64,000 bases of DNA from Escherichia coli (GTDB lineage Bacteria > Pseudomonadota > Gammaproteobacteria > Enterobacterales > Enterobacteriaceae), in NCBI RefSeq assembly GCF_044324785.1, contig NZ_CP172127.1; one strand, given 5' to 3'. Positions 10,680 through 21,048 of the stretch are shown piece after piece; the first letter of the stretch is position 1; the number at the start of each line of letters is the position of its first letter. The notes beneath the pieces were generated by a model, which had not been told where the DNA came from, did not search any database, and saw only the letters and a list, made by a program, of their open reading frames with translations. The position numbers and the translations under genes were made by a program.

Positions 10680-11432
10680 GTGAAAATCTGCTTAATTGAT
10701 GAAACAGGCACCGGAGACGGTGCCTTATCTGTTCTGGCGGCCCGCTGGGGGCTGGAGCACGATGAAGACAACCTGATGGCGCTGGTGTTAACACCGGAGC
10801 ATCTGGAACTGCGCAAGCGTGATGAGCCAAAACTTGGTGGCATCTTTGTTGATTTTGTTGGCGGAGCGATGGCGCACCGACGCAAATTCGGCGGTGGTCG
10901 CGGTGAGGCGGTGGCAAAAGCGGTGGGCATTAAAGGCGATTATCTCCCGGACGTGGTGGACGCCACCGCAGGACTGGGGCGCGATGCCTTTGTGCTGGCT
11001 TCGGTCGGCTGCCGCGTGCGGATGCTGGAGCGTAATCCGGTGGTTGCTGCATTGCTCGACGATGGCCTGACGCGTGGTTATGCGGATGCGGAAATCGGCG
11101 GCTGGTTGCAGGAGCGGTTGCAGTTAATTCACGCTTCCAGCCTGACGGCGCTGACCGATATTACTCCGCGCCCGCAGGTGGTCTATCTCGATCCGATGTT
11201 CCCGCATAAGCAGAAAAGCGCGCTGGTGAAAAAAGAGATGCGTGTCTTTCAGTCGCTGGTGGGGCCGGATCTTGATGCCGATGGATTACTGGAGCCTGCA
11301 CGCTTGCTGGCGACCAAACGCGTGGTGGTAAAGCGCCCGGACTACGCGCCACCGCTGGCGAATGTCGCCACGCCAAACGCGGTTGTCACCAAAGGGCATC
11401 GCTTTGATATTTATGCAGGTACGCCGGTGTAA
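10680..11432 (+). CDS. rsmJ: 16S rRNA m2G1516 methyltransferase
   Basis: 250 aa from GTG at 10680 ([14 protein letters not shown]); the ORF-track start at 10575 would overlap prlC and is rejected. Confidence 0.85.
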   Translation: MKICLIDETGTGDGALSVLAARWGLEHDEDNLMALVLTPEHLELRKRDEPKLGGIFVDFVGGAMAHRRKFGGGRGEAVAKAVGIKGDYLPDVVDATAGLGRDAFVLASVGCRVRMLERNPVVAALLDDGLTRGYADAEIGGWLQERLQLIHASSLTALTDITPRPQVVYLDPMFPHKQKSALVKKEMRVFQSLVGPDLDADGLLEPARLLATKRVVVKRPDYAPPLANVATPNAVVTKGHRFDIYAGTPV

Positions 11433-11436
11433 AAGT

Positions 11437-11468
11437 AAAGCAGGGTAGCGTTATCGCTACCCTGCTTT
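11437..11468. terminator. Bidirectional rho-independent terminator between convergent rsmJ and dtpB
   Basis: Perfect palindrome AAAGCAGGGTAGCG-TTAT-CGCTACCCTGCTTT. Confidence 0.6.
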
Positions 11469-11480
11469 CTGCAAGAATAA

Positions 11481-12950
11481 TTAATGGCTTTCGGGCGTCG
11501 CAATCATTCGTTTCAGCCACGGCACCATCAGCAGCATCGCCACCGCAACGCCCAGCGTAACCAGGCCAATCTTACCAAACACGTTGGTATAGACGGGCAA
11601 CGTCTCAAGCGGATCGGTAATGTTGTCTGGTACTGCGGTAAATGTTGCCACATAGCCGCCCAGCAAGAACGCGGCAGCCTGCGTCAGGAACCACATCCCG
11701 AGAATAAAGCCCATCAAATGCTGCGGCACCAGGGCAGCAATCATCGCCAGACCCAGGGCGCTAATAAACAATTCACCCAGGCTCTGGAACAAGTAAACCA
11801 GCACGATAAACCACGGCGATGTCAGTCCTTGTGCATCAGCAAACCACATTCCCGCAGCGGCGGCTGTAAGAAAGCCCAGCGAGCACATAAACATGCCGAG
11901 AGTAAATTTCATCGGCATCGAGAGGTCTTTGCCTTTGTTACCCAGATGCGTGTAAATGCCTGCCAGTATTGGGCTGGCGAGTACCACCCAGAACGGGTTA
12001 AGCGCCTGGAAGCTGACCGGGTTGATGGAAAAGCCGAGAATTTCATGATGCACGTTGTTGATGGCAAAGAAGTTCAGCGACGTTGGCATCTGGGCGTAGA
12101 GAATGTAAAACACCACCGCTTCGAGCATCAGGACAAAGGCGACAAACATTTTATTGCGCCCGGTTTTATCCAGCTTGAATGCCTGACGAAAGAAAATGAT
12201 GGTGACGACGATGGAGAGAACAATCAGCACCAGATTGGCGACTTCTACGTTGTGCATCAGCCATGCACAGACGAAGATCATCACCACGCTGCCAAGTAAC
12301 ACGTACAACAGTTTGCTGAAGCTCATCGGCCGGAAGTCGGGTTCAGAACCAATGTCTTTCACCATTCCGCGACAGGCGATGTAAACCAATAGCGCGATAA
12401 TTAATCCCGCACCGCACAGGTTGTAGGTGACTGAATAGCCGAATCTATCAGCGATCACAGGGGCCAGCGATAACGCTATCAACGAGCCGATGTTGATCGA
12501 CATATAGAACAGGGTAAATGCGCCATCAAGCCGCGGATCTTTCGGCGGATAGCACTTCGAAAGCAAGCTGGCTGGGTTAGCTTTAAACAGGCCGTTACCG
12601 ACAGCGATAGTCCCCAGGGCGATGAAAATCAGGTCAGGCTTAAGTAGCGACAGGCCGGTCATGAAGTAGCCAATCGCCAGCACAAGTGCTCCGAGAACAA
12701 TGGTGCGTTTGGTCCCCAGCAGGTGGTCGCCGACATAGCCGCCAATGGAAATGAGGCCATAGACCAGCGCAGCAAAAGCACCAAAAGTGACAAAAGCCTG
12801 CTCTTGCGAGAATCCAAGCTGTTTAACGAAGAAAACCGCCAGTACGCCCTGCACGCCGTAGTAGCCGAATCGCTCCCATAACTCGACAAAAAAGATCATG
12901 AAAAATGGGCGAGGTTGCTGCAGCATCCCCATGGGTGTTGTTGTATTCAT
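11481..12950 (-). CDS. dtpB: Dipeptide/tripeptide:H+ symporter (POT family)
   Basis: 489 aa, [32 protein letters not shown]. Confidence 0.95.
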   Translation of the reverse strand: MNTTTPMGMLQQPRPFFMIFFVELWERFGYYGVQGVLAVFFVKQLGFSQEQAFVTFGAFAALVYGLISIGGYVGDHLLGTKRTIVLGALVLAIGYFMTGLSLLKPDLIFIALGTIAVGNGLFKANPASLLSKCYPPKDPRLDGAFTLFYMSINIGSLIALSLAPVIADRFGYSVTYNLCGAGLIIALLVYIACRGMVKDIGSEPDFRPMSFSKLLYVLLGSVVMIFVCAWLMHNVEVANLVLIVLSIVVTIIFFRQAFKLDKTGRNKMFVAFVLMLEAVVFYILYAQMPTSLNFFAINNVHHEILGFSINPVSFQALNPFWVVLASPILAGIYTHLGNKGKDLSMPMKFTLGMFMCSLGFLTAAAAGMWFADAQGLTSPWFIVLVYLFQSLGELFISALGLAMIAALVPQHLMGFILGMWFLTQAAAFLLGGYVATFTAVPDNITDPLETLPVYTNVFGKIGLVTLGVAVAMLLMVPWLKRMIATPESH

Positions 12951-13205
12951 ATTTATTAACCTTCCAATACCATCCTGAAAAGTATGAACGCGTAAGGGAT
13001 AACGCGCGAAAAAGTTTACATCTGTCAGAGATTCTTAATATTGATGCGGTGAATAGATTAATACACTATTACAACAGAAAATAACCAGCTGATCACACTA
13101 ATGATGGAAAATATGATGGTGTTAAATGTTGTATTGGCTGGGGATTTTGATTGCGTACGCAGATCGTAGGCCAGATAAGGCGTTTACGCTGCAAGGTAAC
13201 AAGGC

Positions 13206-13240
13206 GCGCCAAAAAGCAAAACGCCCGCATATGCGGGCGT
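13206..13240 (-). terminator. Rho-independent terminator downstream of uspA
   Basis: ACGCCCGCATATGCGGGCGT hairpin followed on the minus strand by TTTGCTTTTT. Confidence 0.6.
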
Positions 13241-13265
13241 TCAGGAACACGTCGTAGAGGGAAGA

Positions 13266-13700
13266 TTATTCTTCTTCGTCGCGCAGCGGAACAATCAGCA
13301 TATCAACGTGAACGGTGTTGATCAGCTGACGTGCGGAAGACATCAGTTTGCTCCAGAAGTCCTGGTGGTGACCACAAACCACCAAATCCATATCGTATTT
13401 CTTGATTGCATCGACCAGAACCTGACCCAGGTCGCCGCTGCCGCTCAGGGTTTCAGTGATTGGGTAGCCTGCATTAGTGGAAAGCTCGGTCAGCGCATGA
13501 TGTGTCTCTTCAGAGATGCGTTTCTGCATATCACCCAGATTCACATCAATAAGCCCGGTGTATAGGTCAGAGTAGTTTACATCTACGTGGATCAGAGAAA
13601 CTTTCGCATTATAGGGGCGAGCCATAGAGACTGCTTTCTCTACCAGAACTTTGCTTTCCGGGGAGAGATCGACCGCGATGAGAATGTGTTTATAAGCCAT
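13266..13700 (-). CDS. uspA: Universal stress protein A
   Basis: 144 aa, [24 protein letters not shown]. Confidence 0.97.
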
Positions 13701-14090
13701 AGTGTTACTCCTTCCATAAAGTTGTCGATGACTGGCCAGCTAGCGTTTCTTGTGCCGTTACGTCACCCGCGTCCTGCGAACTACGTGCGCGGGGCTAACC
13801 CAGCCGTAAAGATTCAGTGTTAAGACCATCCTTACCTTATAGCGACCCGGATGATCCGTCAATCCGCCTTGCTTACCCGTTAGATAAACAAATTTTCGGC
13901 ATGAATATATTGATAGTGGTTAACCTTCTGGAAAAAAAACAACCTGATCTCCTACACTATCTATAGAGCCGCTCGGATGTTGGTCACCACAAAAGCGGTT
14001 TCTCCAGGACCTGGTGTTAACTGATTGGTAGCGTATCGGGAGCGGTAGCCCCGGGGTGGAACTCCGCGGGCAGGTCGCCGGGGAGGAGGT

Positions 14091-14426
14091 ATGATAAGCA
14101 CCGTCGCATTATTTTGGGCTTTATGTGTCGTTTGCATTGTTAACATGGCGCGCTATTTCTCATCACTACGCGCGTTGTTAGTGGTACTGCGTAACTGCGA
14201 TCCATTGCTCTATCAATATGTTGATGGAGGGGGCTTTTTTACCTCACATGGCCAACCCAACAAACAGGTGCGTCTCGTTTGGTATATCTATGCCCAACGT
14301 TATCGCGATCATCACGATGATGAGTTTATTCGCCGCTGTGAGCGGGTGCGTCGGCAGTTTATTCTGACCAGCGCATTGTGTGGTCTGGTGGTGGTCAGCC
14401 TGATTGCATTGATGATTTGGCATTAA
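14091..14426 (+). CDS. uspB: Universal stress protein B
   Basis: 111 aa two-TM protein, [23 protein letters not shown]. Confidence 0.95.
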
Positions 14427-14449
14427 GCACTTCAGCAAAAATAACGCAT

Positions 14450-14487
14450 AAAAAAAGCGGGCCAGTAAACTGACCCGCTCATTTTGG
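14450..14487. terminator. Bidirectional terminator between convergent uspB and pitA
   Basis: AGCGGGCCAG / CTGACCCGCT hairpin flanked by A-run upstream and T-run downstream. Confidence 0.6.
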
Positions 14488-14496
14488 TGCGTGCGA

Positions 14497-15996
14497 TTAC
14501 AGGAACTGCAAGGAGAGCCAGTAAAGCCCGCCGGAAAGCAGTACCGCAGCCGGAAGGGTAAACACCCAGGCCATCAGAATACTGGTCACGGTTTTACGCT
14601 GTAAGCCGCCGCCATCTACCACCATCGTCCCCGCGACAGAAGAGGAGAGTACGTGAGTGGTGGAAACCGGCATCCCGGTATAACTCGCCAGGCCGATGGA
14701 CACTGCCGCCGTCATCTGGGCAGACATCCCCTGAGCGTAGGTCATGCCTTTCTTACCGATTTTCTCACCGATAGTCGTTGCCACACGACGCCAGCCAATC
14801 ATCGTACCGATACCTAACGCCAGCGCGACCGCCATGATGATCCACACCGGTGCATACTCGATGGTGCTAAGCATGTCAGACTTCAGTTTCTTCAACAGGC
14901 GCTGATCGTCAGCACTCACGCCAGGCATCTTCACCACTTTGTCGATAGTGTCAGAAACGCACAGCATAATGCGGCGCATCTGGCTACGTTGATCAAGCGA
15001 CAGCTTATCGTAGCTTTCCACATCGGTAGTCAACATGCCTTTCAGGCGGTTGAGCGCGTTAATGGTATTCGACGGATGGCAATGGAACTCCGCAGGTTGC
15101 GTTGCGCCAGCTTCCGGAGCCGGTACTAACTGATCAGCACCGGTAGCCTGTTTCAGCAGCGCAGGGTGCTGCTCAAAGTAAGCTTCCACGTTGTTGATGG
15201 CATCACGGGTACGGGTGATTTCGTAGCCAGTGGCATTCATGTTCACCACGAAGCCTGCTGGTGCGACGCCAATCAATACCAACATAACCAGACCAATGCC
15301 TTTCTGACCATCGTTCGCGCCGTGCGAAAACGCCACGCCGATAGCGGAAAGGATCAGCGCAATACGCGTCCAGAACGGCGGCTTTTTCTTGCCGTCTTTC
15401 TTTTCACGCTCCGCTGGGGTCAGGTGGATACGGGCGCGTTTCTTGGTGCCGCTCCAGTAGCGACGCAGCAAGAAAATCAGACCGCCAGCAAACACCAGGC
15501 CGACAATAGGGGAAACGATCAGAGAACCGAAAATACTTAATACTTTCGGGATATTGAGTGCATCCACCACTGACGTCCCGGTCATCAACGCATTGGTTAA
15601 ACCAATCCCGATGATCGCGCCAATCAGCGTATGAGAGCTGGATGCAGGTAAACCAAAGTACCAGGTACCCAGGTTCCAGATAATCGCCGCCAGCAACATA
15701 GAGAACACCATGGCAAGGCCATGAGACGATCCCATATTAAGCAGCAGATCCGTCGGCAGCATATGCACAATGGCATAGGCAACACTCAGACCACCCAGCA
15801 AAACACCCAAAAAGTTGAACACCGCCGCCATAACCACGGCGAGCTGAGAACGCATCGCGCGGGTATAGATAACGGTTGCCACGGCGTTGGCTGTGTCATG
15901 GAAACCATTGATGGCTTCGTAGAACAGCACAAAAGCCAGTGCAAGCAATAATAACAGCCCGGTATGCAAATCCAGGCCAGCAAACAAATGTAGCAT
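14497..15996 (-). CDS. pitA: Low-affinity inorganic phosphate transporter
   Basis: 499 aa, [38 protein letters not shown]. Confidence 0.97.
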
Positions 15997-16227
15997 AGGA
16001 CGTTACGCCATTTTGAGGACATGAACGCGGCGCATTATCAGTGACTTTCGCGGCGCGGGCAAAGTGAAATATAGACTTTTTTTGATTTGCCTCCTGTATG
16101 GATTTCACTCAAAAAATAATTATCTTATATAATTCAGGCAAATACTTCCTTTTAGTAATATTGATGCTGGTGCGACCACTGAGGAATCTTTACAATTCAC
16201 GCCCGTTTTTTCTAAGAGGAGCGCAAC

Positions 16228-17430
16228 GTGGAAAGGTTTGATGCCATTATTATAGGCGCTGGTGCGGCGGGTATGTTCTGTTCTGCGCTGGCAGGTCAGG
16301 CAGGACGCCGGGTTCTGCTGATCGATAATGGTAAAAAACCAGGGCGCAAAATCCTCATGTCTGGCGGTGGGCGCTGCAACTTTACCAACCTTTATGTCGA
16401 ACCTGGCGCTTATCTGAGCCAGAATCCGCATTTTTGTAAGTCTGCACTCGCGCGTTTTACCCAGTGGGATTTCATTGATCTGGTCAATAAACACGGCATC
16501 ACCTGGCACGAGAAAACGTTAGGGCAACTCTTCTGCGATGACTCCGCGCAGCAGATTGTCGACATGCTGGTGGATGAGTGCGAGAAGGGCAATGTGACCT
16601 TCAGATTGCGTAGCGAAGTGCTGAGCGTGGAGAAGGATGATACAGGCTTCACGCTTGAACTGAACGGCATGACTGTCGGTTGCGAAAAGCTGGTCATCGC
16701 GACCGGTGGACTGTCAATGCCGGGGCTGGGCGCGTCGCCGTTTGGTTATAAGATTGCCGAACAATTTGGCCTCAACGTGCTGCCGACCCGCGCGGGACTG
16801 GTGCCATTCACTCTGCATAAACCGTTGCTCGAAGAGTTACAGGTGCTGGCGGGCGTGGCGGTGCCTTCCGTGATTACCGCTGAAAACGGCACCGTTTTCC
16901 GTGAGAACTTACTCTTCACCCACCGCGGCTTATCTGGACCGGCGGTGTTGCAGATTTCCAGCTACTGGCAACCGGGTGAATTTGTCAGTATCAATCTGCT
17001 ACCGGATGTGGACCTCGAAACCTTCCTGAATGAGCAGCGTAACGCACATCCGAATCAGAGCCTGAAAAACACACTGGCGGTTCATCTACCGAAGCGGTTG
17101 GTTGAACGCTTACAGCAACTCGGGCAAATCCCGGATGTTTCGCTAAAACAGCTCAACGTGCGTGACCAACAGGCACTGATTAGCACACTGACCGACTGGC
17201 GCGTACAACCCAACGGCACTGAAGGCTATCGCACTGCCGAAGTGACGCTCGGCGGCGTGGACACCAACGAACTCTCTTCACGGACGATGGAAGCGCGCAA
17301 AGTGCCTGGGCTGTACTTCATCGGCGAAGTGATGGACGTCACCGGCTGGCTGGGGGGCTATAACTTCCAGTGGGCGTGGTCGAGTGCATGGGCTTGTGCG
17401 CAGGATTTGATTGCAGCGAAGTCGTCCTGA
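16228..17430 (+). CDS. yhiN: Predicted flavoprotein (HI0933-like NAD(FAD)-utilising dehydrogenase)
   Basis: 400 aa, MERFDAIIIGAGAAGMFC with N-terminal FAD-binding GxGxxG. Confidence 0.9.
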   Translation: MERFDAIIIGAGAAGMFCSALAGQAGRRVLLIDNGKKPGRKILMSGGGRCNFTNLYVEPGAYLSQNPHFCKSALARFTQWDFIDLVNKHGITWHEKTLGQLFCDDSAQQIVDMLVDECEKGNVTFRLRSEVLSVEKDDTGFTLELNGMTVGCEKLVIATGGLSMPGLGASPFGYKIAEQFGLNVLPTRAGLVPFTLHKPLLEELQVLAGVAVPSVITAENGTVFRENLLFTHRGLSGPAVLQISSYWQPGEFVSINLLPDVDLETFLNEQRNAHPNQSLKNTLAVHLPKRLVERLQQLGQIPDVSLKQLNVRDQQALISTLTDWRVQPNGTEGYRTAEVTLGGVDTNELSSRTMEARKVPGLYFIGEVMDVTGWLGGYNFQWAWSSAWACAQDLIAAKSS

Positions 17431-17744
17431 CCTATTATCTAAAGATGAAAATTATTAGAGTCGCATTAAAAATGAGCTAATTTTGATAGTGGTTATCTTG
17501 TGATTATTTTCTAATGAGCCTGTGAACTGAAACCCTCCATGCTTAATATAAGGTGGAAGGAAAGGTGATTAAAACTCCCCCAGTGGCCAGATCTTTATAA
17601 AATATGAACAGGTTGAAAAAATCAGCAACTTTGCTGTTTTTTTATACTTAACCACTATGCATTAATTCTGCGTTATTTCATGATACCTGAGAAAAACCAG
17701 CGTTACGCAAATAATCAACGCTGGTTTTATCCGTTACGTTGCAA

Positions 17745-18797
17745 TTATTTTTTAGCAGAACCCGCTTCTAATATTGAAACGATTGAGAACAACGTAAAGC
17801 ATACCGCTCCCAAACCGACCAGAACCCGCGAAGGAATAAAATATCCCATGTCGGTCTGCGCCATTTCCGCAAGAAACGATGCCAGGAAAAGGCAAAACAG
17901 GCAGGTGAAGACGGGAATCATCGGTATTCTGTTGGCTAACGAACAGGTACGTCTCCAGACCAGTGCCAGTAGCCAGACTTTTGAGAATATGCTGTAACAG
18001 ATCATTCCGAGGCAAATGAGGATAATGCCGGGAGCCAGTCGGGCGCTTGCATCGGAGCTGACTAACACGTATATCCCCTGCAGCACCGTGACTGAGCCGA
18101 GAAAAATAACCCAATAACACCACAGCCAGTGCTCTTTGGATGAGAACGTATTACGTGTTTGATGGACGATTGTGGCAACAAGACCAATTAGACAGGCACA
18201 GATTGCGGTTAACCCAAGCAATACGTGACCGGCGACATAATGCGGAGTTATGTCGGCACTACGTAACAGCGTAATAGACCAAATGAAACCGAGCAGGGTG
18301 AGTAAAACGGGAACGGCAATGAGGCAATTACCGATTAATGACGAATAAGCCTGTACCGGTGTTCCATCGCTCTTGCTCCCTGCTGCGTTTTTGGGAATGA
18401 GCAGAAAGTGACCGGATGACGCTGCCACTGTCGATACACAGGCGGCAATCATACCAACGCCAAAAATAACATGGCCGGCAACAAACTCGTCTGCCATCAC
18501 ATCATTGCCTGCTAACAGTGCCCAACCCCATATCATGGTGATAATTGACCCCGCATAGCCAATAATGGGGAACAATGTATTGTAAAACGTATTAACGCCG
18601 CGCGTGAGCTGCGAAATGATAATAAATGCGGTAGTGAATAATGCCAGGCATATGGCTGCCAGAGAAATTAGCACATGACCCGCGACGAAATACTCGCTTT
18701 GCCCTGAACTTTCCAGCACAAAGCCACCTAACGCGATACAAATTAAGCCCATAATTAAAGGGATTAATTTGAAAAGCCACCCGATATATATGTTCAC
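17745..18797 (-). CDS. yhiM: Inner membrane protein YhiM (DUF2776)
   Basis: 350 aa from GTG at 18797 (VNIYIGWLFKLIP) with GAGGAG RBS; polytopic, AT-rich. Confidence 0.85.
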   Translation of the reverse strand: MNIYIGWLFKLIPLIMGLICIALGGFVLESSGQSEYFVAGHVLISLAAICLALFTTAFIIISQLTRGVNTFYNTLFPIIGYAGSIITMIWGWALLAGNDVMADEFVAGHVIFGVGMIAACVSTVAASSGHFLLIPKNAAGSKSDGTPVQAYSSLIGNCLIAVPVLLTLLGFIWSITLLRSADITPHYVAGHVLLGLTAICACLIGLVATIVHQTRNTFSSKEHWLWCYWVIFLGSVTVLQGIYVLVSSDASARLAPGIILICLGMICYSIFSKVWLLALVWRRTCSLANRIPMIPVFTCLFCLFLASFLAEMAQTDMGYFIPSRVLVGLGAVCFTLFSIVSILEAGSAKK

Positions 18798-19179
18798 TTT
18801 AAACTCCTCAGGTATCCCTGCTAATATTGAAATGTGCATTAATGATAATTTCAGCCTGTTAATATAATGACGAGATATCATTAAAGACAAATGCATAGCA
18901 TAACTATAGCGGGATTTACTTTGCAGAGCGCTACTTTTCAGCGTTCAAAAGGCCATGGTAAATAAATATTTATCCTAAGATTAATTCTTATTCTGTTGTT
19001 TTTTACAATTATCTTCCAGGGAGGGATTCTTTTTCATTATTTGGTAAAAGACCGGATGGTATCGGTGCTTAAAATCAGCGAGCATATACGCATTATTGCT
19101 TTATATCGTCGAAAATATGTCTTTCAGACATGTATTATTTATTTTGTTACAAACAAGTCAAAAATATCACAGGTTATTT

Positions 19180-20787
19180 ATGAAAGCAATTCACAATCAG
19201 ATTATAAACATCTCTTCAAGCCATCAAGATAAGCATTCAGATAAAGTTAACGGTCATCAACACCATGGCAAGGTTGATAAAAAACATCGTGCAAAGATAG
19301 TTGAAATTGATAAGCTGAATAAACATTCGCAAATAGATAACGATTTTGGCCTGCATATCATCTATTTCCTGCAACATGGTCACTGGAAGGTAAATGATCG
19401 TAGTCACCAGATGGAGAAAGTATGGTTTTACAATAGTGAACCTTTTATAGATATTCAAGAATATAATAGATTCGCCGACAATACTACTGACACGTTTATC
19501 TTTACAATTATACCAGACAATAACCATGTGTTAAAATTATCGTCTCCCATTACCGTTACTGTTGAGTGTAAGGGCGGTTATTATTTTATTAATTCCTCTG
19601 GAGATGAATCAGACATAATTTATAAAGTTGATGGACTTTCTATCATACCTGAAAATTTCTTTACTCTTCTTAGCGGTAATTTTAAACCTGACTGGCGTTG
19701 GGATGTCTCTAAAGAGACGTTTCCTAAGGATAAGTTTGATAGCTATGTTAATTCTGTGTTTTCAAAAATAGATTTTTATAAACAGTGTGGTGTGATTAAC
19801 CCACAAAATCCCAACACGGCTTATTTTGGCGATACAGATGGAAGAGTAGGCGCTGTACTTTATGCATTGCTCGTTTCAGGGCATATAGGCATCAGGGAAA
19901 AGGGTTGGAGTTTATTATGTGAATTATTAAAACACGAAGACATGGCTTCATCTGCATACAAACATAAAAACAATAAAGTGCTCTACGATTTATTAAATAC
20001 GAGAGACATGATCTTGAATGAGTTGCATCAACATGTTTTTTTAAAGGACGATGCGATAACCCCTTGTATCTTCCTTGGGGATCATACAGGCGATAGATTT
20101 AGTACTATTTTTGGTGATAAATATATCCTTACTTTGCTAAATTCTATGCGAAATATGGAGGGTAATAAAGATAGCCGTATTAATAAAAATGTCGTCGTTC
20201 TGGCTGGAAATCATGAAATCAATTTTAATGGTAACTATACTGCACGATTAGCAAATCATAAACTCTCTGCCGGTGATACGTATAACTTAATTAAAACGCT
20301 CGATGTTTGTAATTATGACTCAGAAAGGCAAGTTTTAACCAGTCATCACGGAATAATAAGAGATGAAGAAAAAAAATGTTATTGTCTCGGTGCTTTGCAG
20401 GTTCCATTTAATCAGATGAAAAATCCTACTGATCCTGAAGAATTAGCCAATATTTTTAATAAAAAACATAAAGAACACATGGATGATCCTCTATTCCATC
20501 TAATCCGAAGCAATACTTTGAAACCCACACCTGTATATGCTAATTATTTTGATAACACTACTGATTTCAGACCAACACGTGAACGTATCTTCATATGTGG
20601 GGAGACACTCAAAGGTGAAGACCCCAGCAAATACATTAGACAAAAATATGGGCATCATGGGCCCGGGGTAGATCAGAATCAACAATTTGATAATGGTATT
20701 ATGGGGCTAAATTCCCTGAAGGAAGCACGTGATAAAAATAATAAAATAATTTATTCCTCAGGGCTTAGTTGTTTTCAATCTCATTAA
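19180..20787 (+). CDS. yhiL: YhiL/YhiJ-family protein (DUF4049), apparently intact; C-terminal half carries diverged metallophosphoesterase motifs
   Basis: Paralogous to the downstream yhiJ, sharing YFGDTDGxVGAVLYAL, FLGDxTGDRF and LAGNHE blocks; start at ATG 19180 (MKAIHNQ) preferred, ORF-track start 19096 possible; ~33% GC. Confidence 0.75.
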   Translation: MKAIHNQIINISSSHQDKHSDKVNGHQHHGKVDKKHRAKIVEIDKLNKHSQIDNDFGLHIIYFLQHGHWKVNDRSHQMEKVWFYNSEPFIDIQEYNRFADNTTDTFIFTIIPDNNHVLKLSSPITVTVECKGGYYFINSSGDESDIIYKVDGLSIIPENFFTLLSGNFKPDWRWDVSKETFPKDKFDSYVNSVFSKIDFYKQCGVINPQNPNTAYFGDTDGRVGAVLYALLVSGHIGIREKGWSLLCELLKHEDMASSAYKHKNNKVLYDLLNTRDMILNELHQHVFLKDDAITPCIFLGDHTGDRFSTIFGDKYILTLLNSMRNMEGNKDSRINKNVVVLAGNHEINFNGNYTARLANHKLSAGDTYNLIKTLDVCNYDSERQVLTSHHGIIRDEEKKCYCLGALQVPFNQMKNPTDPEELANIFNKKHKEHMDDPLFHLIRSNTLKPTPVYANYFDNTTDFRPTRERIFICGETLKGEDPSKYIRQKYGHHGPGVDQNQQFDNGIMGLNSLKEARDKNNKIIYSSGLSCFQSH

Positions 20788-20850
20788 AACTCCATGAATA
20801 CGGTGGTATGTCTTTTTAATCCTGCCAGTATTTCATAGGTTTTCTTAATC

Positions 20851-20887
20851 GATTGTAGAGGCATGTTCTGATGACGCCTCTACAATC
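20851..20887. other. Perfect 12-bp inverted repeat (hairpin) between yhiL and yhiJ
   Basis: GATTGTAGAGGC-N13-GCCTCTACAATC; no clear U-tract. Confidence 0.5.
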
Positions 20888-21048
20888 TTTAGGGACTTTC
20901 TCTGCTATGAGATAAGAAATTTCATATTATGCTTTAAGGCTGAATGATTTGTGCAAAACATAATTATTTTTCCATCGAACATGAGGTGTATGTCATAAGA
21001 TTAAATGATAACTATGTATTCCTTGCGGTGAATTATATGAGGTAAAAG

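Noticed and set aside
11484-12299. 271-aa ORF on the plus strand
   Set aside because: Antisense to dtpB; His/Arg/Gln-rich low-complexity translation
19096-19179. Upstream ATG for yhiL
   Set aside because: ATG at 19180 begins the hydrophilic MKAIHNQ N-terminus; the first 28 codons look like translated AT-rich promoter sequence. Kept as an alternative because the RBS at 19180 is weak
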